64,000 nucleotides of DNA, taken from Tricharina praecox. Its lineage: Eukaryota. This document shows, piece after piece, positions 40,676 to 53,535 of the stretch. The first letter of the stretch is position 1; each line of letters starts with the position of its first letter. Below the pieces are notes generated by a model. The model ran no database searches. It saw only the letters and a program-made list of their open reading frames with translations, and had not been told where the DNA came from. The position numbers and the translations under genes are program-made. The stretch is taken from assembly GCF_024521635.1 (NCBI RefSeq), contig NW_026250428.1, positions 434,001 through 498,000 of the forward strand, read 5' to 3'.

Positions 40676-43570
40676 TCTTGTTTTCCGTGGTATTGCGGGT
40701 GGGGAGTAATAGGGCTATCGAGGAACGGGTGCATCGGGCGCTCGGGTTGCTTCGGCTTTCCACGGTGATGCCGAACCTCAGTACCATCGCCTGGCCGTAC
40801 GGGTAGAAATGTCGAACACTGTGCGCAGTGTGTAAGTTGTCGGGGAAACCCCTGCCACCACCAGGAACGTCATTCGTTCCCGACACGACTAGTGGTGGGG
40901 CGCCAGGACGCCCATGTGGCCTATGCCAGGGTCTCGCGTAATCGGCCATCACAACGCGTCGCGGCCGCCGGGTCTTCCCTCCCCGTCATCGGTCCAACCC
41001 ACCATCGCCAACCATCGCAGTCCATCGCAACATCGAAGAACGTCAGTCTTCTAGCCCTAGTCCCTAATCGATTGCTATTCATCGCAGCCCGTCACAGTCC
41101 ATCATCACGCCGGAGAACGTTGATTTTCCCGCCCCAGTTCCTATCCGTGGCTCAGATGTTGAAAGTACAGTCAACATGCTGTGGCCTCGCTATTACCGTA
41201 CGATAGCAATCCGGGCTCGGAGCATGGACTTCTTTCCGTCGTTGCAGGGAACTACGAGGACGCCAACCAAGATGAAGCATACCCTGCTACACAAACAATC
41301 CATACAGCGTCGGAACTTTCTGCTCGCGGTTAAAGCTAACAGTGCCTTTTTCGGTCACGAGGCAACCACCGAATACGGTTCGATTTTCGCGAATACGACC
41401 GTTTCCCGCATGGCGTCTACATCCGGGATGTTATCTCAGTTATCAACGCGTCATCCGGTGTCTCGACTCCCTCGAGCCCCCGGACGCTGACAGAACGGTG
41501 TCGATCGGCGAAATTAGCCTCGTGGTGATTTTTAACACATCTTCACCGGCGCAACATACATCCTCACTGGCGCGACATACACCGAAGGCCTCGCACCCGA
41601 AGTTATGCACATTGTCCCATTCGCTATGTGTACTACGAACGAGCCAAAAACGAACCCTTCGGGAGTGCAGTCAAACTCCTATTCCCGCCGAGCAGTTCGG
41701 GCAGTTCGAAACAGTGTGGGACCGCTATGGAGGTAGCAATGCCAACTGCCGGTACAATCTAGCCGTGCTCGACGCGGAGCTACATCGGATGCTCAATGCT
41801 CAATGGTGGAAACGTTTCACTGAAGCCTGTTAGTCTTGACTCTTGGAGGACCATCCGAGGCTCGGGTCCACTCAAACAAAGTGGGATGACGAAGAATGGA
41901 ATGAGCTAAATTTCCATTGCTTTGTGCCTCATGTTTATCGTTTTTTTCTTGCGAAGTGGGCCGGTTTTTGTATTGGGTGGATCGATGCGTGATAGTGGAT
42001 GCGGAATTATACAAGTATGTACAGTAATGAAATCATATTGCACGGGACTTTCACATCGTCCGGGCCGAGCTTTCCTTCACGCCCAACGGGTAGGTCCCAT
42101 GTGGTCAGTCTAGTTCCGGCGATGATTCGGCACTTTGCCAACCCTGAGTGCTTCCAATGGGCCATCCGATCCGTACCCATTCCAGAGCACGCACGTACGA
42201 ACCTGACGATACATGAAGGCATTTCCACTTTCATTTCCACTTCGGCTATAGTGTACTGTGTATCTTGGACGATTGCAAGTGCAAAGACTAAGTAGAGACG
42301 ATCGTAACGAGGAACCTATGAGAACTGCCAGCTTCACTACAGCACTACCGGCTTCGCCGCTTCACAAGCCATCACTCGTAGCGCGTTTCATTCGGTATTC
42401 ATGACGATGCCAGTTGCTTAGGAGTGGCCGTCCCTCCATAGGCTCCGGTCGCCGCCCGCACACCCCTCGTCATGGGGAATCTCATAGCTATCTTGCGCAC
42501 GCGGCGGATCGGCGACGGACGCGAAAAAGTGGCCGCTCGGTCGATCCATGCTGCATACGTTATCACACTACCGCATCCCCCGCTACATACCACGTGCGAG
42601 TGCCGAAAGTAAGGAACATCCCGGCCCGCTTCGGCAGATTGCGAAACGTGGCGCCAGATGCGCACGCGAGCGTTCTGCCTGTCTGCCTACCTGCCGGCCG
42701 GCCGATTGCTGGGAAGTCAAGTACTTATCTCTCACATATCCCTTGGTGGCTATGGTGGATTTCGGTTGCGGTTGGCAGCTTCACGGAATCACGGGATGTC
42801 ACTCCTCTGGAAGTTGAAACGGAATGTTGATATTAGCTTTCCGTCGAATGACCGGGTACTCTTGTGAAGATAGGAGAAGGGACGCTCTACCTAGGTAACA
42901 GACATATATCACACCGCCCTCTTCACCTTCACCTCCATACCGGCACCGGTATTCGGTCCTGTTTCCCTAGAGTCTGGAACTACTGTCGGCTTCGGCGGCG
43001 TGGTACTTATCGCAATAACTACCATATTCGTGTTTATCCGATACCGTCGGAATCGGTCCGTGGAAATTTTCAACGTGCTCTGCTCGACATCTTCAGATCC
43101 TCCCTTTCCTTCCCTTGGACCCTTCCCTTCTAGTTTCGAGGTTGTTTCAGCATATCTGCGTAAGCTGCCGCATTTCCGTGAATACGTGATACCTATCCTG
43201 GAAGCTGGAGTACGGTAGAGCTCTTCCTCTTGCTCGCTCGTAGCATTCGAAATCATTGCTTCCTGCCTGCTGCCTGCTTCCGCTGGATACCGGCATATAT
43301 TTGTCACTCACACTCTCACTCTCACTCTCGCTGACCACGCCCGACCGACCGCCCGAGATGCCCGTCCCATGTCCGTCCGTCCCATGTCCGTCCGTCCCAT
43401 AATCCATTCTGCTGTGAAATATCCGACCGACAAACCATTCCGTAGACTCATAAGTACCCATGGATTATGAAGTGCATGTGATCTATAGCATCTATCGCAT
43501 CCATAGCAACTATAGTATCTATACTATCTATAGTATCTACAGGGCCGGGCCCCGGCCGGAGACTTGGAGA

Positions 43571-44290
43571 CTCGGAGGTCCACCCTCGCTCTCGCTTCGA
43601 AGTTCGCAAACGTGCTCAGAAACCACCTCACTTCACCTCACACCTCGGGCCGCCCCAGCGCCCCGCGCGCCATCCTCGTGCTGGTGCCGGTGTCCGCCGC
43701 AGCCTGCGGTCCCAAAGCGGCGGCGGGACGAGCGGAGTAGAGACTGTGAGTCTAACTACTGAGAGGAGCGGAGGCAGAGGGCGCTTGGCGTCATCGGCTC
43801 CCGCCGAAGACGCGAAACCTTGTCGGGAGTCGGGAGCCGGGACCTGCAGTGGGTGGGACCAACTGTTGGTAGGGGGAGTGAGACCTTGTCGGAACCTGGC
43901 GAGAGTTGAGACCAAGTGTTCCTGAGGGAAGCCGATGCTGTCGTTCTCGTTCAACGTTCAACGTTTAAATATTTCTTCTGTCACTACTTCGCAGTTTCTG
44001 TTCGTCCGGCTCTTCTGGGTTTCTTTTCGTCATCGTCATCGTCAGCATCGTCAGTATCATAGAACTCTCTTCGAATTCATCACGTTTTTGTTCCTAGCCC
44101 GGGTTTGGGTCTCTCGGTCTCTTCTAGATACTCTCCAGGGTCGCTGGAAGACTCAGGGCCTCGGAGGTCCACCCTCTCTCTCACGTCACATTGTCACAAA
44201 CGTGCTCAGAAACCACCTCACCTCACCTCACACGTGCGGCCGCCCCGCCCTCGCGCCCCCGCCCCCACATTCTCGTGTCCGGCGCAGTGA
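43571..44290. repeat. Diverged direct repeats of about 130 bp (43571-43700, 44160-44290) flanking a dispersed-repeat copy
   Basis: Both begin CTCGGAGGTCCACCCTC and share CAAACGTGCTCAGAAACCACCTCACYTCACCTCACAC. Confidence 0.8.
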
Positions 44291-45485
44291 CAGTTCGAGC
44301 GGAGGCCGAGACGGCGCGGGGCGGCACGGCACACAGTGCACACCCTGGGTTCTGGACGGGAAGCTACGCAATCGGCCGGCCGCCGCCGCCGCCGCCGGTT
44401 GATGTGAGGATTTAAGTATCACACGCAACTAGGTATAGTAACTACCGATTCTGCCGATACCGATGTTATATTTTCCGTTTGAATGTAATATGTATTCTGC
44501 AGATGGAGACGGCATGCCCCATGACCTCACCGCCGCCCGAGACCCCCCACTAACTACGAATAATTGGCGATGGGCGATGGGCGAAATGCCCCTGGGAACC
44601 TCGGGACGAGATCAGATATGTACCTACATAATAACCTGGTCGGTCTCGTGGGATCATGGGATGGATGGATGGATGGGATGGGATGGGATGGATGGGAGTA
44701 ACTATACTATATTCCTTGCTTCCGCTGAGCCTGAGCGTCTGTGCCTCCTCCTCCTCGTTCTCCTCCTCCGGTCACTCCTTTCCCGTTGATAGATAGAGGT
44801 GCAGATGCGGTGCAGGTACGGTCCCTAAAATTCATATATACAAATCACCATCCACCCACACAGGCCACCACCACCACCACTTTCACCACCACCACCACTG
44901 CCTTGACCATCACAACCCCACCACCGTCCACGTGGACAAAAAATCGATCGATATCACGCAACGCCGCATCCCCCGTAAACAAACAAAAACAAAAACAAAA
45001 ACAATCAGAGAGGACAAAAAAGAAAAACGCACAGACATAGACCCGCTATATCATGAGCGATGCATTCCCAAACCCCAAACCCCGATCCTGCGCCCCGCTG
45101 GAGAGTACCCCGGTAGATTCCATCACAACCCAGGGCCGAACCGGCCAGCCCTGCCCCCCCACCACCCCATATATATAATATACACCCGCCTCTGCTCTGC
45201 CTCACCTATAGCAGCCGCCGCTACCCCCACCCACCCCCGCCCCCGTGGACGGTCCACTTATTCGAGAAAAAGCGCACCAGTCGGCCTCGGTCCATGGATG
45301 TGTGACGAACGAATCGAAAGCGTCTTTCATCTCTTCATCTCCTCCTCGTTCTATCCCCCCTCGCTCTGCTCTCCCCGCCGCCGCCGCCGCGCGTAAACCG
45401 TGATGCCTACCCGTCGTCGTCGCGCGTGTGCGGCTGACATCACTGGTTGTGGAGGATGCGGAGGAGGAGGAGGAGGACGGCCTCC

Positions 45486-45751
45486 TCACTGGTTCCGCAC
45501 CCGGAATGTGTTTAGGCCTTCGGTGGGCATGCCCCGCTTCCGTCGGAGCTCCTCCCAGTCTTTCGAGCCGGCATCGCCGCGCTCGCCCTGCGGCTGTCGG
45601 TCCTTCTTTGGCGGTTGTTCTGTGAGAGCGAACGTTACTATGACATATGGTGGAGAGGGATGGAGGGAATGGAGGGAATAGGGGAGGACTTACTCGGCGT
45701 GGACGCTGTCGGTGTGGGCTCTTCGGGGTTGAGAATCTTCCTGATATCCAT
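45486..45751 (-). CDS. 63-aa microprotein with N-terminal MDIRKILNP motif, 2 exons
   Basis: Exons 45751-45694 and 45619-45486; intron GTAAGT...GTAAC...CAG. Protein MDIRKILNPEEPTPTASTPKQPPKKDRQPQGERGDAGSKDWEELRRKRGMPTEGLNTFRVRNQ. Confidence 0.75.
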
Positions 45752-47304
45752 GGCTTCGTCTTTGTTCGTCGATGTGAGCGTCGCAGCTGAGATGTGAGGG
45801 TGCGGGTGCGGGTGCGGGCTGGATGTATTGATGGCGGGCGCAGTAGTTGTAGAAGTTGTAGTTGTAGTCGTAGTAGTCGTAGCAGTGTCGCATATGGAAG
45901 TGAGGTGGGGTGTGGGGGGATAGTACCGAGAGAGAGAGAGAGACTCGAAATGTGTGAAAAGAGAATATTGATCTCAACTTCAGCGGGACCGTCCGTCGTC
46001 TTTAAACCAAAACGCCGTTCCCGCCAAAAAAAGCCGTTGCACGTATCTAACGTATCTAACGTAACGTTACGTCGCGGCCAGAAGCAAGCAAGGAACATCC
46101 TCCCTCCCTTGCACATGTGGTTCCCATCTTCCCATCTCTTCCTCGCCCTCGCCCGGTCCCGTATCGCATCGCACCACCCCACCACGCTACTACACCCTTT
46201 TCATTGACACCTGGCACGTTTCAATTATTCCGAGAGAGAGAGAGAACCCCACGTTTCTCTCCCCCTCCCCACCCCCCTCCCTCCGTCCTCTTCACTTCCC
46301 TCCACCTTCATATTTCGTCCACGAGGTCGCGAGCAAAGTTTCTGGTTTCTGGTGTGTGCTGCTGCAGCGGCTTCGGTTGTATCTAGGGTTTGTGAATTTC
46401 GGGAAGTGGAGGTGCATATTACTTAGCACTTGACAAGCCTTCCGGTTGCAGAGGTCAGGTCCAGAGGGAGAGGAGCGATCCGCCCCCCCGCGTCATCCCT
46501 GGACTACCTGCTACAATTGTAGTATTTGAACTTTGGCGCGACCGCTCGCTCGATGTGTACGTACGTACTTCGTACCTATGACATTGAACCGTGATCTGGC
46601 TGGCTCCCGTTCCGTGGTCGACGACGACGATTCAACGATGGCCACGAGATATCTCGGCACCGGCATGCCCGAGTGCCTGCGATCCTGCGACAGGCCGGCC
46701 GGTTGGGACTTCCTGTTTCCACGCGCGCTTGGCCAACTCCCCTCCACTGCCGTGGTAGCCAGGCCAGGCCAGCATTTCAGCCCTACGTATGTATGTAGGT
46801 AGGTACATACATACACCGGCAGTCCACGCCACGCAGGCAGGCAGTGGAGATGTCTCATCGGCCGACGAGCGACAGATGGGATGTGCAGGATGTGTATGTA
46901 ACGGCGCGGACCTAGCCAACTATGCTAACTAATAGCGGAGCCCATTTTTTTGTTTTTTCTCCGGTATTATTTGTGTCCTCCCTCCACCTTCGCTTGAGAA
47001 AGTATATTCCTTCTTCTTGTTCTTCTCGGTGGGCGGGGGAGGGGGGTGAGGGAAGTAGGATGAATCCGGACGATCGGCTCGGACCAGACAGACGCGTCGA
47101 CTGTTGCTGCTCTACTCTACTCTACCTGACCTGATCTAGTTGGGGATTCGTAGAGTAGAGTAGAGTGGATGATGGTGGTCCACGTCCACACGCAACGCAA
47201 CCCCCCGGTGGGTAGGAGTTGATCGGCTTCATGAAGGAGGAGGAGGACTCGGGAGTGCGTGGGTTGAGTTGAGCTGATTTCTCCTTTTTTTTTTCCTTTT
47301 CCGC

Positions 47305-47402
47305 CCCTCCACCTCCCCCTCCACCTCCACCTCCACCTCCACCTCCACCTCCACCTCCCCCTCCACCTCCACCTCCACCTCCACCTCCACCTCCACCTCC
47401 CC
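47305..47402. repeat. (CCACCT)n microsatellite
   Basis: Visible directly. Confidence 0.95.
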
Positions 47403-50209
47403 CCACACACCCCCGCTTCGTCCACCATTCTGCAAGCGGCCGTTTGTACGTACGGCCTCACCGAGAGCAAATGCCACAATCCGCTCGCGTTGGGCCCAGC
47501 CGGCCGAGGGAAAACCGGAAGAAAACGATGGACAGATGCCGTTGCATCGTGTGTTGCACACGCCCTCTCCTCTAACCGCGTCGGGGAACTATGCCGCGGC
47601 ATCTCACGCTCAACGCTCTGGCTCAGGCGAGAGTCGAGACCACCAAGAATCGAGTTACCTAGATAAATTCTCCGACGCGATGGGGCGGAAATAACCGTCG
47701 AGTTTCCTCATCAGAGGGAGGGGGCTTGGCTTGGAGCCCATAGCCAGCAACAATGCCGTACATGCCCTTTCTGTGGGCTAAGCGAGGCGGAAGATCTCCA
47801 TACTCTATCTCCAGGTGGGAGGGAAGGGCGCGTAGAGACGGTACATACAGGTCCGGGCCGGGAGTAGGTATGCGAGGCCGTTATAACTTGTGTTGCGTTA
47901 GTTAGAGGGGAAAGGTGGTACAATTCTTGATACACACACATGGATCGAGGGCAGTCGGTGGTACATACACTCAAGTGCCGCCCGCGGCCCGCCCGCACTC
48001 ACTGCATATTCCCGGATTCGAAGAGTGACTTGTGAGCGGTCTCTGGAGCATGTTCAAAACCCCATCCACGTATCCACGCGTAATAGTTGGATGGTTGGAT
48101 GCCACGGATAGACCTCCCTTCCAGCCATCGCTTCGTCTGGGTCGGGCGGCGTTGGAACTTGGAACTTGGAGTCCTCACAAGTCACGCTATCTCTGGCCAG
48201 TTCCAAGTTCCAAATGTTGCTCAGGAGTCGGGCCTGGTCGCTATCCACCCCCCCCCCCCCCCATACGCGTAACGCGTTTGCATGCCTATCGGACATCCAT
48301 CTCGAACTCCGTGCGAGTCGATCCGGAGGCCGCACTGTACGAACTCTATTGCGTGTGCGCAACAGCGTGGGAGGGAGGGGCAAGGTGCGGAGCTCGCTAC
48401 ATTGAAATGCCGATGTCTCTCCCTAGACTCCTCTACTTTCGTTTACCTGAAACCATCCACGTTGTGAAGCAGAGTATCCCCCCATGGTGCTCTTGCTTTT
48501 CTGTCCATGCGATGCGACCGGTTTGCTATACTATACTCTCGGCGATGGGGGAGGGGGAGAGCATAATGAATTGGAGGGGGCGTGCACTCCGAATCAGAAA
48601 CATCAGCCCGGACGGTCGGGGGGCGGGCGGGGGGGAGACATGCAATGCACCTGTGGATGTATGTACATGCTACTGCTGCAACTCCCTCCCTTCCTTTCCA
48701 GGTTCCTTGAGGCTTCCATGTACTCCAGGTACATACGCTGCGTATGCGAGAACGACGACGGCAGCACTAACTTTTAGCCGGGGCCGGCACGATTTTTGGT
48801 CGCGAGCAGAACCTCGAGCGACTCCTCGTCGTGGGATCATATTGCGGAAGGAGCCAACCCCAGTGGATTAAAGGAGGGGAGAAGAAGACGGGATGGGAGT
48901 CTCCGGAACACCGAAGACGACGCTCGACTCGAACACGCACAATCTCGGCAAGGTGCGTTAGTAAGGTACTTCAAGGACGGCAACAGGGATGACGACTCAC
49001 TCCACAGCGGCTCACTCGGGTATATCCTGTGCTGGCGCGGCCGTTAGATTCGTGCGCTTAGTCGAGGCGTCGCCGCGTCGGTCCTTGATGTCTTGGATGC
49101 ATGCACAAAAATAGTATGTCATCCTACGCTCTGCGACGCAGGTGGTGCCGGCTCCAAACGCTGGTGTCCGAATGGTTGCCGTGTGGGGGAAAGTAGGTAA
49201 GATTGACTGAACGGCCCTGGTGTCAGATCACCGAAAAAGATCACTAAGCACTTCTCCATCGTGCTGATCAGTCGGCCTTCCAGAACGCCATCTCCTGGTC
49301 CATGTGTCCGTCAAATAGGCAAAACTGAACATCACCGCCACCACACTCGGCAATTCATCCGACTTTTGCCCCTCGCCGCAAGAAAACGTGGATCCGTCAG
49401 CGGGAAGAGCCCAGCCGAGCAGGGGGGGCGTTCCGCTCTAACTTGGGTAACTGTAGTATCTAGATGGCGGCGACGACGACGACCACCAGCACCACCACGA
49501 CGATGAGCGGAAGGGCCGCACGACGCACGCAAGCCAGTCAGCTAGCAAGGCACCGCGAGAGGTGGTAAACGTATTTGAAACACTAGGCTTGTCCGAGCAG
49601 GCCGAGATAGTCCGTTCCACCCTTGGGACCCCACGTCTTACGCGCGCTTTGCGGTAGGGTTTTTTCTCTAGCAACTATGTGCTCTACACAATCTATCCCC
49701 AAAGCACTCGCCACACGTTCGCGTTCGTATCGCTCTTCCAGAGGGAAGGGGGAAAATAAAAAAGCGATAGATGAATGTGAACAACGTGTGCATGCAAGGT
49801 TGGCACGAGGGAGGGATATCTCATCGGGGTGTGTGTGCGAGAAGCGAAGAACCATCCGACTTTGGTAATCCCGATCGCGCACGCGCACACGTGTGTGTGT
49901 GGGCGTATCAGCAGCTATTTCTGATATCTCCGAATCGATTCGATGCTATTAATCTCCGTGGTGTTGTTGTCTCCTTCCCTTCTGTCTGTCTTTCCGTCGA
50001 TGCTATCCGGGTTCATGGAAGCACAGGCACAGGAACAGGCACACGCGCGCAACGACGGGCTCGGTCTGCCTTCGCGGCTGTTTAACTGCCAGCCATCGTG
50101 CAGAAAAGCTTATAGCTGCTGACATCGCGCCGGCTCCACATAGTCCGTGCAGCAGTGCGTTCCCCTTGTCCAACTACCGTGACATGACGTGCAGCCAGCC
50201 AACGTCCGA

Positions 50210-50212
<3 letters not shown>

Positions 50213-50282
<70 letters not shown>
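50213..50282. repeat. (TG)n microsatellite
   Basis: Visible directly, with one TA interruption. Confidence 0.95.
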
Positions 50283-53200
50283 AACGGAGGGTGGAATCAT
50301 CCCATCCATGGGTGCATAATGTGGGGTACATGAGGGGTGGATGGGGTCCGTGTTTGCCTGGCGGTCCGGGGGGGTCGGTCCGTTGGGTTGGTTCGGTTTC
50401 CACTTGGCACGGAGGGTTCGAGATGTCTAACCGCCTGCTGTGTACCTGGTTAGTTGGCCCTCGGTGCACCGAGCATGTAGAGTAGAGCACATACACTAGA
50501 TTGATACGCTGGAGGAAACCTGCTATCTATCCGGCAGAGCGCACGCGCAGGTGACGTTTTCTCCGCACAGATGAAGTGGGGGGAAGAGCATGTAGGAGAA
50601 GGAAGAAGCAAATATTGACCTTCAAAGTCCATGCCCTGTTTTGGATACAGCGTGACCACTCGCTAAGCGTGCAGTGTGTTCCATGTTGTGGGGAACCACC
50701 TACATAACGGTGCAGCCCCTCCCTCCCCCCTTGTCACGGATGATGGTCGCGAGAGAAAGAAAAAGGAAGCACGCAAGATGAGTGAGATGCCGTGCACAGA
50801 GCATTGGCAAAACATCCCGTTCGAACGGAGTTGCCCGTCCGGGTTTAAGCTATAGCACGGATGCAATGCATATATATGCACATAGCCCTGGGTTCGAACG
50901 AACGAACCGGCCCCTGGGAACTCGAATCGATGCAGCCTCCCCTCCTTCCTTGGTGTGTAACTCGTACCGACATACATAAAGTGACCACACACCCTCCTCA
51001 CACGCGCGCTCTCTGCCCCGTGCGCCTTGTTCGAAAGATGATTATGCATGTAGAGGATGCATGTACTCGCATTCACGGTGGAGTGAACGGCCTGCGTATT
51101 TTGAAACCTGCCAAAGTCCACCGTTCTGAGGAGTTGCAGCCGGGCCGGATTATCTGGATTCTGGGATGTACACCCGAGGGATCCCCCACTTCGAATACTC
51201 AGCCGTGGTCGATGGTGGTGGTCCGTGAGTCCGTGACGATGTGGGGTATCACCATCAACCTCCGTTCGCATGTGCAACTTAAATGTGACGTGCAAGAGAA
51301 GCTTGGATCGAATCTCCGACCAAGCACCCTCCCCCCCCTCACTCTCGATATCAAAGACACTCAATCGAGAACCACATGGCCTTTGTAATACTTTTTTTCC
51401 ATCACCGTCGGGGACTCGGGGTAAATACCGGGCTCGATCCCGCCCGCAGTCAGGAAAGCCATGTGTCTCCGCAGAAGGAATATGGTTCTCCGGGAGAGAT
51501 CGCGGCTTAATGGCACATAAACGTCAGGTCAGATCAGCAGACCCCGCGACGTGAAACTGGCGATCCTATCGGGCCACCGACGAAACCGGGACAACGCCAC
51601 GGCGGTTTCTTCACGTCGAGATCCGCCGAACGTTTCACACAATGTGACTGCAAACGGACATCGCGGGGGGGTCGGTTCATGTTTCGGAAACACTGCGATG
51701 GCAGGGGAGAGGAACAGGCTATCCGTCCGCCCCCCGAGTGCGCCCTCCCTTCCTCCACCCCCCACGTGCGTCTGGCTAAGCCCCCACACGTCCTTTCCAA
51801 CCTGATGTATCCGAAAATTTCGGGTGATGTCTTCACGGAGCCGGATGGAATAGCCATGTTCGTACGGTGGGCCAGATCCAGGACCGATTAGCCTAATCGT
51901 GTAGATAGGCTTTCACATGGTTCAGGACAGTGGTGTCAACATGCGTGAGCGCGAAGACCGAAACGTCCGATCAGCACGAATCGAATGCCGTCATCTGTCG
52001 ATGGGGGGGTACCGTGTTATCGGGTGGTCTCGTTTAGCTTGCGGGTGGGACACGACGTCGGAGCTCACTGCAGCCAGGTTGCAACCCGCTTCCGGTCGCA
52101 CCCTCTTGCGCACTGAAGGGTTCGATGACTCGCCAGAACGGTCGAAGATCCTGCACAACCATTTGTCATCGCTCGTGGGATACACGGGTTGGAAATTCCA
52201 TGGATGCAACCGTTCACGGTTGGATTACCTGACACACTGCGGTGTCAGACCGGTCCGTCGTTGCCTGCGAGACTCAGCGAGTCTGGTCCCTCACATTACT
52301 AATCCAGGACCGTTGAGAAAGAGTGGAGTCTTCGTATCCGAGAGCTGCGGGGGTGTCAAGAGCGAGAGCGAGTAACAAGGCTATCCTATCAGCTTATCGG
52401 CGGCGGCGGTTTGGAGAAGCTCGCGAGTCCATGAGTTCGCGATTCGCGACATATTCCATGAGTCCCTCGACATCATTCATCAGATATCACTCGTATCATC
52501 GCCAGTAATCAAAGTTGACGATATGCTTTTTGCAAAATGAGCAGGCGCCACAGCCACTCCCATCAATTGGTGAGTTCTTCAACTTCACGCTTCCCGTTTC
52601 GGCTGTAGATAACGTTCGCTGCCCCAACACCTTGCACGGCCTAGAATCACTAACCACCACATACCTGTATGCACGCGACATACAGCCTCAGCGGCAGACA
52701 TGGTTACTCCACCGATGGATGTTTCACATAGTCTCGAGGTGTTTTTTGTTTTTGTTTCATCGTAGCATTCGACCTAAGTCTCGAGGTGGCCAATCGGCGT
52801 TGTTTTGGAATGCTTAGTAAAGTACTGGGACAAAAGTTTTTGCACAGGGGCCGTTTTACACCAAAAATGCCCATTTTCAAGCAACCAAAACCCACCCTTC
52901 ACGTGGCGGAAAAAAATCGAGTCTTTCGTAGAAGCTTTAGAGTCACAAGATGCATCACATATAAGAACTCTGACGACTTTTGCTTCGGATTGGTGGCGCA
53001 TTAGTTGGTGTTGTGCACGGGTTGGAGAGTGATTTCAGATTTTGTATGGGGCCCCCATACAAAATTATTGCGTGAAAACCAGTTTCACCACCAACTTTTC
53101 TCCCTTACGGCATTACTCAATCACCACCGCTTAGAATTATGTGCCGATTTCAATCGAGGTTCTCTACCTGATTTAGAAGACCTTCTAGTGGTCCACATAT

Positions 53201-53535
53201 TTTTATACAACCTTATGGTTGCTGTATCTATGGCGGGAAACGACCTACCTCGGTGAAAGGGAAATCCGCCAAGCCACCCTACTTCGCATAAAAGAATCAT
53301 CCTAGCGAGCTGGAAGTTTCATCGAAGCTTTATTGGTATGTATTCATGATATATGCCAATTATTAATACTTTCTAATGCGTGGCTGTTGTGTTAGAGAGA
53401 TATATGTCTGTGGTGTGGTGGCACTGTTGGGGAGGTGAACAAAAACATTTGACCTGGTACTTTAGTTGCAGAGTTTTCGTGAGAATTGATGACGACCATC
53501 GCTGTAGCCCCGTGCTGATTCCAAGCGTTTAAAGG

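Noticed and set aside
41176..43218. Protein-like fragments ending in a two-TM, CorA-like segment
   Set aside because: Several stops and no diagnostic motif; a pseudogene is possible but unsupported.
45202..46185. 327-aa ORF
   Set aside because: It spans UTR microsatellites and an intron; the supported gene is in another frame.
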